Positions 1 to 9,611 of a stretch of 13,478 nt of DNA are shown here, piece after piece. This stretch comes from Amoebidium appalachense. Taxonomy: Eukaryota > Protista > Ichthyosporea. Numbering within the stretch: the first letter of the stretch is position 1; each line of letters opens with the position of its first letter. The notes under the pieces were generated by a model. It was not told the DNA's origin. It made no database searches and saw only the letters and a program-made list of their open reading frames with translations. The stretch spans positions 1-13,478 of the forward strand of contig CAVNZM010000079.1 in assembly GCA_963693365.1 (NCBI GenBank), read 5' to 3'. The position numbers and the translations under genes were made by a program.

Positions 1-82
1 TTTACAACCATTGCAGGTTCACTTTCGTCCAAGGGGATGTCCCCCTAGAGGCAACACACGTCCCGGAGTAGTTTTTCATAGA
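1..82 (+). repeat. Left arm of long-range inverted repeat (may extend beyond the window start)
   Basis: The reverse complement of 1-82 matches 13220-13300 except for one base in the A/T run (ctatgaaaa[a]ctactccggga...gcaatggttgtaaa). Confidence 0.95.
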
Positions 83-274
83 CTAATTTTTATTTGTATA
101 CACTGACCTTTTCATATTCTTCTAACGGTCCTTCTTCCAAAAGGATCATGTAGTGATACTACATCGGATGACTGGGTTGCTATACTTGGAAGACTACTTC
201 AATGTTCCTTTATTTATAAATATATAAATAAATATTTACAAAAGTGAATTTCATATGTCTTTTATTTGATTTTA

Positions 275-305
<31 letters not shown>

Positions 306-630
306 GATACCTACATATGCAAGAATGATACTGTAACATACGTATACATGTAGGTGCATGGTGTGTGGTGTGTGGGGTATGGAAAGTCGGTTTCTGTAGC
401 AACTCATCAACTCACCAATCAAATCGCGCGCATCCCGACAGTTTGAATAATGAAATTGCCGATGAAGTCATTGCAGTGATTTGATTGGATAGTCGGTGAG
501 TGCAACCCAACTCACTGATGGGAGCGCCTTCACAATTCGCTTTCAGCGCTACACAACTCTCGCGCTATGCACACACACACACAACACACACACACACACA
601 CACACTATTTGTAAGAATAAACACTGATGC

Positions 631-681
<51 letters not shown>

Positions 682-742
682 TGTGGGGGGGGGGGGGGGG
701 GGGGGGGCTGTGGTGTAGGAAAGGATGGTAGGTTCAACTGTA
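83..742 (+). repeat. ~650-bp segmental repeat, copy 1 (AT-rich block + ~230-bp core + CA/TG tracts + G run)
   Basis: Near-identical to 2150-2794 from ctaatttttatttgtatacac to ggtaggttcaactgta. Confidence 0.95.
570..707. repeat. (CA)n - 28-bp spacer - (TG)n - poly-G
   Basis: Seen directly. The spacer ctatttgtaagaataaacactgatgcactg recurs at ~908-937 and ~2670-2698. Confidence 0.95.
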
Positions 743-933
743 TCTGTATCTGGTTATTGGTTCACATTAACGAGAGTTTATTCTTAAGTCTTGGATCAAA
801 TCCCTGCACTATGCCTGGAACTCTCTGATCGGTTCTGGGGACATCATCATTTTTCCGTCATTTACACAGAGCACCAGAGGTGGTTCGGGCGGATTGGTTT
901 GCTCGTTCTATTTGTAAGAATAAACACTGATGC

Positions 934-935
<2 letters not shown>

Positions 936-1015
<80 letters not shown>

Positions 1016-1189
1016 TGTGGGTGTGTGCATGTGTGTGTGCGCGTGTGTATGTGTGTGTGTGTGTATGTGCGTGTGTGTGTGTGTTTGTGTGTATGTGTGT
1101 GTGTGGGTGTTTGTATGTGTGTTTAAGTGTTGTGTGTATGTGTGTATGTGCGTTTAAGTGTTGTGTGTATGTGTGTGTATGTCTGTGTT
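936..1189. repeat. (TG)n microsatellite decaying into degenerate TG-rich sequence
   Basis: Seen directly. Confidence 0.95.
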
Positions 1190-1393
1190 AACATAGTAAC
1201 GCGCATTGGCCGCTCCCATTGCTCCCGTGTTTTTATATTTTGCTGTGCTTTATTGTCGTTGCCTTTTACAACCATGGTTCTAGACCATATGCATGACCAA
1301 GAAAATTAATCACACAACCAATCAGACAATTGACAGCCCAACTGGCTGACAATTATTACGTCAATAGTTCAAAGCAATTGAAACAGAACACAC

Positions 1394-1810
1394 CTCCATC
1401 TCAACGGCAAAGTAGTTGCCAGTAGTGACCGACACCACGACTGGAACTTTATCACGACCCCTGAACATGGCGCGCACAAACTCGTTGTAGTTGCCATACC
1501 CCAACAGCCCAAAAATGGCGCGCCCAGAGATGGTCTCGGTGTTGTCATGCAGAAAGGGGTCCAGAAAGCGCAGCATCTTAGCAACCACATCGTCCCTTAC
1601 AGTACAGTGCATCCTCCCCACATGACTCTTGCCCGGAGCGTGCCCCGGAACATCCTGATTTGTTTGCTTACACCAAGCTCTGGACACAAGATCGAAAGCT
1701 ATCAAATTGACCATATATATGACAAAGAAAAACAAGGTTGCCAAAGATCATTGTAGCAGTGCCCAGCAGCTGCTCAAGCTCGGGGGTGATGGGGGGGGGG
1801 AACCGGCCTT
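1394..1810 (-). pseudogene. Disrupted paralogue of exon 1 of gene A (AntA-like domain fragment)
   Basis: TVRDDVVAKMLRFLDPF...RGRDKVP is 43/54 identical to gene A by my count. 1757-1810 encodes the upstream part (KAG..PITPELEQLLGT), separated by a ~155-bp insertion and a frameshifting C-run. It ends at a GAG|GTGTGT donor (1394/1393) equivalent to that of gene A. No start codon or exon 2 is visible. Confidence 0.85.
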
Positions 1811-2044
1811 GTGTGTGTGCGTGTGTGTGTGTGTGCATAGCGCTAGAGTTGTGTAGCGCTGAAAGCGAATTATGAAGGCGCTCCCATCAGTGAGTTGGGT
1901 TGCACTCACCGACTATCCAATCAAATCACTGCAATGACTTCATCGGCAATTTCATTATTCAAACTGTCGGGATGCGCGCGATTTGATTGGTGAGTTGATG
2001 AGTTGCTACAGAAACCGACTTTTCATACCCCACACACCACACAC
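1810..2044 (-). repeat. Inverted copy of the ~230-bp repeat core
   Basis: Reverse complement of ~361-595 and ~2421-2655. Confidence 0.95.
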
Positions 2045-2149
2045 ACATACATCTATATATATCATACACATATACATACAAGCGTACATATTTTTATACA
2101 TATGTATACTTATATACACATAATATATATATATACATTTCTTTGTATT

Positions 2150-2695
2150 CTAATTTTTATTTGTATACACTGACCTTTTCATATTCTTCTAACCTTCTTC
2201 CAAAAGGATCATGTAGTGATACTACATCGGATGACTGGGTTGCTATACTTGGAAGACTACTTCAATGTTCATTTAATATAAATATATAAATAAATATTTA
2301 CAAAAGTGAAGTTCATATGTCTTTTATTTGATTTTAATATATATATATATGTTTATATTTATATAGATACCTACATATGCAAGAATGATACTGTAACATA
2401 CGTATACATGTAGGTGCATGGTGTGTGGTGTGTGGGGTATGGAAAGTCGGTTTCTGTAGCAACTCATCAACTCACCAATCAAATCGCGCGCATCCCGACA
2501 GTTTGAATAATGAAATTGCCGATGAAGTCATTGCAGTGATTTGATTGGATAGTCGGTGAGTGCAACCCAACTCACTGATGGGAGCGCCTTCATAATTCGC
2601 TTTCAGCGCTACACAACTCTAGCGCTATGCACACACACACACACACACGCACACACACACACACACACACTATTTGTAAGAATAAACACTGATGC

Positions 2696-2744
<49 letters not shown>

Positions 2745-2794
2745 TTGGGGGGGGGGGGGCTGTGGTGTAGGAAAGGATGGTAGGTTCAACTGTA
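2150..2794 (+). repeat. ~650-bp segmental repeat, copy 2
   Basis: Direct repeat of 83-742 with few substitutions or indels. Confidence 0.95.
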
Positions 2795-3275
2795 CAAACA
2801 ATCGTTAGTGCAGCCAATGGGACTGCGGGGTTCGTGTCAAACCTTTGATGATCGATATAATATGGACCATCACGGTGGCTGCTGATCGGCACAGTCTCTG
2901 TAGTTTCGAATCTGCGCGATGCTGTACTGCACGATGACATCTCTTCTCCATTTCATCAGAAGTAATGGAAAATCGTTTGAAGTACGAAAAAAAAAATGGA
3001 GAATTCGACGTCGTCGACTGCTTTACCGTAGCTTATAACGGAATTCGGAGCACGGCAATAAAGACCCGGAAACTGATGCTGCATCGGAATCGTGCTCTGT
3101 TTGAAAAAGAAACCACGGTCTCGGGTGCACGTTAAACATTGGGCTTTTTATTACTTTCTACCTTATAAACATATATACTTATATTTTAAATATAAACATT
3201 AGTATGGATGTAAAAGAATATTATGTTTTTTTTTTTTTTTTTTTTTTTACACGCCTCGAGATAGAACTGAGAAGG

Positions 3276-4247
3276 ATGGGAACAAACGAACAGAGGGAAC
3301 AGGAGACGGTGATGGATGCCGAGAGGGGGCATGTGGCGAATATCGTGGATGTGGCGGAGGTCGTGGACGGGGCAGACAGGGATGGAGGGACGGGGGCAGA
3401 CGGGGAAATGGTCGAGGCGGACGGGGGCGGGGAGACCCAAATGCCTGAGGGACACGGGGAGGATCGTCCGTTGTGTAACGACTGTGATAACGAGGAGATG
3501 GGTGTAAAGGAGACGGAACACGAACAGGAGAGCACAGTGACAGAGGAACGGCGTGCCGCGCAAGAGGATAAACTGAAACGGCTACAAGATATTATCAGCA
3601 GTGCCCGAGGGTTCGAGCGGGCCTACCGCGATGAAATTTATGACAACCCCGTCTACGACGAACGCGGCGTCAACCGCATCCTTGTATTTTATCAGCAGAC
3701 ACTGGAGAGCCTCATCCTACTGGTCGACGGCGTGCGGGATAGCACGGACACGGATATCGTCCGCGCCAAAGGAAAACGGGTTGTCGACGAGATCCAGGGG
3801 CTTCTCGCCAAGGCCGACGCGCAGCACACAGCACCCCAAAAGCGCCCTGCTTCGGACACCCGCGCCGCCGACACCAGAAGTGCTAAGCGCACCAAGAGGA
3901 CGCCCACTCACAGGGAGCGGCTAGTTAGCAAATTCTTCGAGTGGCTCAAGGAATCGGCCCCCTGTGGTGCGGTCTATCTTCTTCGTCACCTCAGGGACCT
4001 GTTCCACAAGAAGGCTAGCAGTGAGAGCAGGACTTTCGCACGAGCGCCTCTGTCTACGGATGAAGTAGCTAGGTTTTTGGGCAAGCAGGTAACTGTGTAT
4101 TTTAGGGCTATAGACAAGATAGAGGTGATGCGCCATAAAAAAGGGGAAGTTTATGCTGTGAAATTCCCTAGGAACCGTTTAGGAAAGCCCGGCTATCCGT
4201 GCCATAAGGCAAGAGGGTACTTTCTCGGGAATCTGGTGTGTGCTTGA
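3276..4247 (+). CDS. Protein with acidic N-terminus, BAG-like domain, basic NLS-like linker and C-terminal winged-helix-like domain
   Basis: Long non-repetitive ORF. 3570-3818 (KLKRLQDI...QQTLESLILLVDGV..DIVRAKGKRVVDEIQGLLAKAD) fits the BAG consensus (L..LLLKLD.I.....VR..RK..V..IQ.LL..LD). The start is uncertain: ATG 3276 is preferred over 3204, which reads through a T-run, and an upstream exon is possible. Confidence 0.75.
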   Translation: MGTNEQREQETVMDAERGHVANIVDVAEVVDGADRDGGTGADGEMVEADGGGETQMPEGHGEDRPLCNDCDNEEMGVKETEHEQESTVTEERRAAQEDKLKRLQDIISSARGFERAYRDEIYDNPVYDERGVNRILVFYQQTLESLILLVDGVRDSTDTDIVRAKGKRVVDEIQGLLAKADAQHTAPQKRPASDTRAADTRSAKRTKRTPTHRERLVSKFFEWLKESAPCGAVYLLRHLRDLFHKKASSESRTFARAPLSTDEVARFLGKQVTVYFRAIDKIEVMRHKKGEVYAVKFPRNRLGKPGYPCHKARGYFLGNLVCA

Positions 4248-4396
4248 TAAGGCCAACGGGCTTGGCGAAGTGAAAACGTGGTTGTAAAAATGCATTAAAA
4301 CACCCCCTTCCGGTCCGGTCCGACCCCTTTGGACCGCAGTCTGGTCCGGTTCGGTCTGAACAGGAGTCCTCGCCCGGCAGAGTCCCCCCCCCCCCC

Positions 4397-4731
4397 CCCG
4401 TGTGTATGTGCTTTTGTGCCCCCATATCCCCCCCCCCGCCCGTGTGTATGTGCTTTTGTGCCCCCATATCCCCCCCCCCTCCCCCCCGCCCGTGTGTATG
4501 TTCTTTTGTGCCCCCATATCCCCCCCCCTCCCCCCCCGCCCGTGTGTATGTGCTTTTGTGCCCCCATATCCCCCCCCTCCCCCCGCCCGTGTGTATGTTC
4601 TTTGTGCCCCCATATCCCCCCCCCCTCCCCCCGCCCGTGTGTATGTTCTTTTGTGCCCCCATATCCCCCCCCTCCCCCCGCCCGTGTGTATGTTCTTTTG
4701 TGCCCCCATATCCCCCCCCCCTCCCCCCGCC

Positions 4732-4732
<1 letters not shown>
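4397..4732. repeat. C-rich minisatellite, 7 copies of ~42-50 bp
   Basis: Unit cccgtgtgtatgt(g/t)cttttgtgcccccatatc(C)n t(C)n g. Confidence 0.95.
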
Positions 4733-5164
<432 letters not shown>

Positions 5165-5261
5165 TATACGGATGATAGCGCTATTATATATTAGAATGGA
5201 AAAGTTGGCACTTTGGAGTTACATTGGGGTTGTGACAGGTGTGTGAGCACCGTAAAGCGGT

Positions 5262-5490
5262 GCTTCATTGGGTGTAGAAGGAATGCAGCATTCGATTGGA
5301 GAGGAGAATGGCATGCAGCATATGTGTAGAAAGTGCATGTAGCGCCGAACAAGCCGAACAAATCGACCCAATCATCTGGGACCAGTATTCTCTTGCAATC
5401 CTCTCCAATCGAATGCTGGATTCCATTCCTCTCCTCCTACAACCAATGAAGCGTACAACCAATGAAGCGCCGGACGCCTCCCTATATAAA
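5262..5490 (+). promoter_or_regulatory. Pol II promoter of gene A: CCAAT cluster, inverted repeat and TATA box
   Basis: CCAAT at ~5369, 5405, 5443 and 5459, plus ATTGG at ~5267 and 5295. TATATAAA at 5483-5490, about 90 bp before the Kozak-like accATGg at 5581. Confidence 0.7.
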
Positions 5491-5580
5491 CACAGCAAGC
5501 GCTGGACAGCCAGCACCTTTACGGTACACACACAGCACTCAACCCCCAAACCCAAAGCGCCAACTCTTCCACCAGTGACC

Positions 5581-7167
5581 ATGGCTTCCACCTACGCCAT
5601 CTACGAGCGCCTCAACATTGCCGGTGCCAAAGAGGCCGGCTTCCCTCCCATCTCTCCCGAGCTCGAGCTCCTGCTGGGCACCGTGGGCGACGACGTGGTG
5701 GCCAAGGTGCTGCGCTTCCTCGACCCGTTCCTGCTGGACAGCACCGAGACCATCTCCGGGCGCGCTATCTTCCGGCTGCTAGGGTATGGCCGCTACGAAG
5801 AGTTTGTGAGAGCCATGTTCAAGGGGCAGAAGGGTGTGCCTGGCTTTGTCCCGGTTGGCAACTACCGTGTTATTGACATAGAGGTATGAATCTCAGAATT
5901 CTTAAGTTTTGAATTAATTCCCGGCACTATGCCGTGAATTCTCTAATTGGCTATGGGGCATCATGCGACGTCATCACTTTTACGGATCAGGGCTGAAAAG
6001 TCATTTCGTCATTTTTGCGTCATCACTTTAGTCTCTACCATAACTCCAAAGTGTTAACGTCAAAACTTTTCAGGTTGAGTTTTGATTGGCGTTGTGACGT
6101 CATCACTTTCACGCTCCCAGAGCGGGAAAGTTTTGATTGGCTTTGTGACGTCATCGCTTAACTTCTGTTTCATGCAGAGCACTGGAGGTCGTCCGGGACA
6201 AGACCATCTGCTGAGTGCAAAGGGCTTCCGCCTTGCCTCGGCCGCCAACCATGGCATCCTGGGCCACGGAGTCCGAGTGTGGGCTGTTGACGTAGCCGAA
6301 GCATTTGCGCGCATGGCCGCCACGAACAAGGAGGAAGCTCTCTCCGCCCTGCACGCCACCCTTGCTGCGGCCGAAGCCCTTGCTGCCGAGACAGCCACCG
6401 AGCGCGACGCAGCCTTCGGCGCCAAGGAGGCCGCGGAGGCCGCCCAGGCCGAGGCACTCGCCACCCTCGCTGCCGCTCTCGCCCGCGTGAAGCTCGAACC
6501 ACTCACCCTCCCGACCCGCATGCCTCTCACAACCGGCGGCACGTACACGGACAACCATAAGTTCAAGCGCCTGACGCGCGCGTTCGCGTATGTGTGCGTG
6601 GACACGCTGTACGGCGAAGGCGTGCGCTGCGCCAGCACGTACACGGGCATGATCATGGCCACCACGGGCGTGTGCTTTGTGTTCCAGTCGGGGGAGATTT
6701 CCAACATCATCGCCACCACCGGGCTGCAGAAGGCCATGAAGGAGCGCATCCGGCTGTGGACCGGCGAGGAGCCCAAGTACTCGACCGACATGACCACGCA
6801 GCAGCTGTACACCTTTGTCTACAACTACACGCGCTGGTACGTCGAGTACTGCAAGGCGCCGGTGCTGCGCCAGTCGACCATCAACAACGCGGACACGGGC
6901 GCTGCCGAGTACGAGGTGCACGTCGAGCTGGCGTCGTGGCTGGAGGCCATCCAGGACAAGTTCCCCGACATCGAGCCGCTGGAGCTCGGGCGCACCGTCA
7001 GCCTCAACGAGCCGCTGGTGGAGCGCGGCGAGCAGCTCAAGGGGCAGACCCAGCTGGACGTGTATGTGCAGCGCGGGCGGCTGGGGCGGAAGCGCAAGGT
7101 CGCCCGCCTGCAGAAGCCCGAGGGCCCCGTTGATGTTGTGGTGATTGCGGACAGTGATAGTGAGTGA
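5581..7167 (+). CDS. Gene A, spliced join(5581..5883,6178..7167), 430 aa: AntA/antirepressor-like N-terminal DNA-binding domain, Ala-rich coil, unknown C-terminal domain, NLS and SIM
   Basis: Donor GAG|GTATGA at 5884, branch-like CTTAAC at ~6157, acceptor ttctgtttcatgcAG at 6177, phase 0. The join gives ISGRAIFRLLGY..YEEFV..NY..IE|STGGRPGQDHLLS..F..G..VR.W, resembling AntA-type domains (SAREL..L...F..W...DY...GGRP..DY.LT...G..VR.YF). GC3 bias is strong. Confidence 0.85.
5884..6177 (+). other. Spliceosomal GT-AG intron of gene A (294 bp), rich in CRE/CCAAT motifs
   Basis: Canonical donor, branch and acceptor. AT-richer than the flanking exons. Removal restores the frame and the domain. Confidence 0.85.
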
Positions 7168-7360
7168 AGTGTGAGTTGTGTAGCGCTGGTCGATTGGGGG
7201 TGTTAGTGTATAGCGCTAGAGTTGTGTGTAGCGTAGCTTTCGTAGCTTCGTAGTAGTGTAGCTTTCGAGTGTGTGTGTGTGTGGGTGTGTGTGCGTGTGT
7301 GTGTGTGTGGGTTTGTGTAGCGCTGGTGGCTCGGTTGTGTCAGCCTGTGTTGCGTTAGTG

Positions 7361-7478
7361 TAACCCTGACCAAAAACCAAAAGTGATGACACAACTCGGT
7401 GCAACCAGACCCAATTAAAAAAGTCCATATGTCATGGCTAACCCTGACCAAAAACCAAAAGTGATGACGCAACTCGGT
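7361..7478 (+). repeat. Two 40-bp direct repeats with 78-bp period
   Basis: taaccctgaccaaaaaccaaaagtgatgac(a/g)caactcggt at 7361-7400 and 7439-7478. Confidence 0.9.
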
Positions 7479-7504
7479 ACACACACACACAAACACACAC
7501 ACAC

Positions 7505-7595
<91 letters not shown>
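7479..7595. repeat. (CA)n microsatellite
   Basis: Seen directly. Confidence 0.95.
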
Positions 7596-7597
<2 letters not shown>

Positions 7598-8228
7598 CTT
7601 ACCGATGATAGCGCTATTATAAATTAGAATTGAGTTGTGTGTGTGTGTGTGCTTGCTCGGAATTGTGTCAGGCTGTGCAGTGCTAGAGCGCAGCGCCAGC
7701 GCGCCTGCCGGCGGGTGTTCTTTGTTATCAGAGTAGATATGTCATCATATGCGTTGACGTCATTTTGACGTCATTCGCTTACTTAAATAGACTTGGTTGG
7801 CGCTGGGGATGATGGGCCATCTGCATCATGTAGTTCTGCGCTGTACGTGGGAATAACCTGTGCAACATAAGCTCTCAATTGTAATTACAATAAATGCAAA
7901 AAATCTTGAATTGTATTTTTCATGGTGGGTGCATAAGCGTGAGACTTTCCATCATGGGTTCATCAATATGCAAATTGTTCTCTTGGGGCTGAGACTTCAT
8001 CCAATCGGTTTTCGGTAGAATTTGATTGGCCTAACCTGGATTTCCAAATGTTCTCTTGGAAGCCGTTATTTGGTGGGGGGATAGATGCGTAGATGGGTAA
8101 AACACGATTTAATTCAAGCAAAATCGCGAGAGAGAAAATGGATTGCTGCGCCAAAGAGTTCATGGTATATTTGTAAACATTTAGGCAGTCAAGGGCTCCG
8201 AAATGGCTTCAGTCCTTTTGCACTCACT

Positions 8229-8400
8229 CCCAATACTGAGATCACCAAAAAGCCAATCAAGCGTTACTGCCAATCGCGTGCACTCCAGGAACAAATGCAG
8301 CATCCAATTGTATCACCGGTTGTTTCGATTGGTCATTCAATAACCAATAAAAAAACATGTTCTCAATTGGCTCACCAGGTGGCGCAGCCAGCTATTTAAG
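8229..8400 (+). promoter_or_regulatory. Pol II promoter of gene B: dense CCAAT cluster and TATA-like box
   Basis: CCAAT/ATTGG at ~8230, 8253, 8270, 8305, 8328, 8344 and 8366. TATTTAA at 8393-8399. aaaATG at 8464. Tandem TGACGTCA further upstream at ~7756-7773. Confidence 0.7.
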
Positions 8401-8463
8401 TCAACATCTCATAGGCCTCTGCCATCATTCTACAACCACAGACACTCAGGTGACACATACAAA

Positions 8464-9548
8464 ATGTACATGTCACAGACACTGCACACCGCGATGGACA
8501 TCGGCGCTCCTGGCGCTGCGCCTGTCTCCCAGCCGGCCGTATTCAGCACCTTCACGTTTCCACCCACCCCACAACCCGACCTGGACATCATACAGAGTAC
8601 CGACTTCATTCCGCTGACGTCCGACGATTTTGCTGCTTTTGACAACCAACTAGGTGACGGCTCCATGCTCCATGCGCCCACCCCGACGACGGCTAAGAGC
8701 CACGGCCAGCACCACGTCTTCGACTTCGACATGGTCTGCGGCGAGACAATCCCCCCCTCTCCGGCGCGTCCTGTTCCCGCACGTCTGCATCTGCAAGCGG
8801 TCTCCTCTCACGCCCCCACGCTGCCACCCACCACAACCACGCCAGCAACAACATGGTTTGGCCGGCTCAGGTCTGCCGAGAACCAGGATTCCGATACGAG
8901 ACAATGGAAGCGCACGCGCGCTAACATCTCAATGACCAAAAAGCCACCTGGTGAAATCAAAGCCCTCGCCACTGCTGGTGATTGGAGGCGCCATCTTGCA
9001 CCCCTGCCTGTTTCACAGATGTTGGGCGAGGCGCTCGACAGACTTAGCCCGTTGTGCCTTGTACCGTTCATCAGCTGCACGCTCCCTTTTGCAGCTAGCA
9101 AAGAGCAGCTCTCCTACCTCGACGCTGGTAGCATCTGTGCGCTTCTCGGCTTCAGGGACATCGATGAGATACGCGATCGTCTCGATCAGGCCAAAATCGC
9201 AAACGCCCGTGATGTACCAGGCACAGAAGCGGTAGGAGGGCCCCCCCCCCCCCCCCCCACACACACACAAGGCTTCCACACACACACACACACACACACA
9301 AGGCTTCCACACACACACACACACACACACACAAGGCTTCCACACACACACACACACACACAAGGCTTCCACACACACACACACACACACACACAAGGCT
9401 TCCACACACACACACACACACACACACAGGGCTTCCACACACACACACACACACACAAGGCTTCCACACACACACACACACACACACACAAGGCTTCCAC
9501 ACACACACACACACACAAGGCTTCCACACACACACACACACACACAGG

Positions 9549-9611
<63 letters not shown>

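Noticed and set aside
488-560. Hammerhead-like GTC..stem..CTGATG, and TTGATGAG..GAAAC at ~1995-2016
   Set aside because: The core is incomplete. The first has CTGATGG and no GAAA. The second lacks C3, a proper stem II closure and the UH site.
2795-3140. Unique mid-GC segment, possibly a decayed minus-strand CDS
   Set aside because: All frames are short or interrupted and give no recognisable motif.
5296-5580. N-terminal extensions from the ORF track (5296, 6082, 10865, 11204)
   Set aside because: They use non-ATG starts and run through promoter or intron sequence. Downstream ATGs have better context.
6060-7144. Antisense and alternate-frame ORFs over gene A exon 2 (also 11477-12286 over gene D)
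   Set aside because: These are shadows of high-GC3 coding sequence with no independent features.
7361-7478. 40-bp repeat / 38-bp spacer / repeat, CRISPR-like geometry
   Set aside because: Only two units, a eukaryotic context and no cas genes. The single TAACCCT is also not a telomere array.
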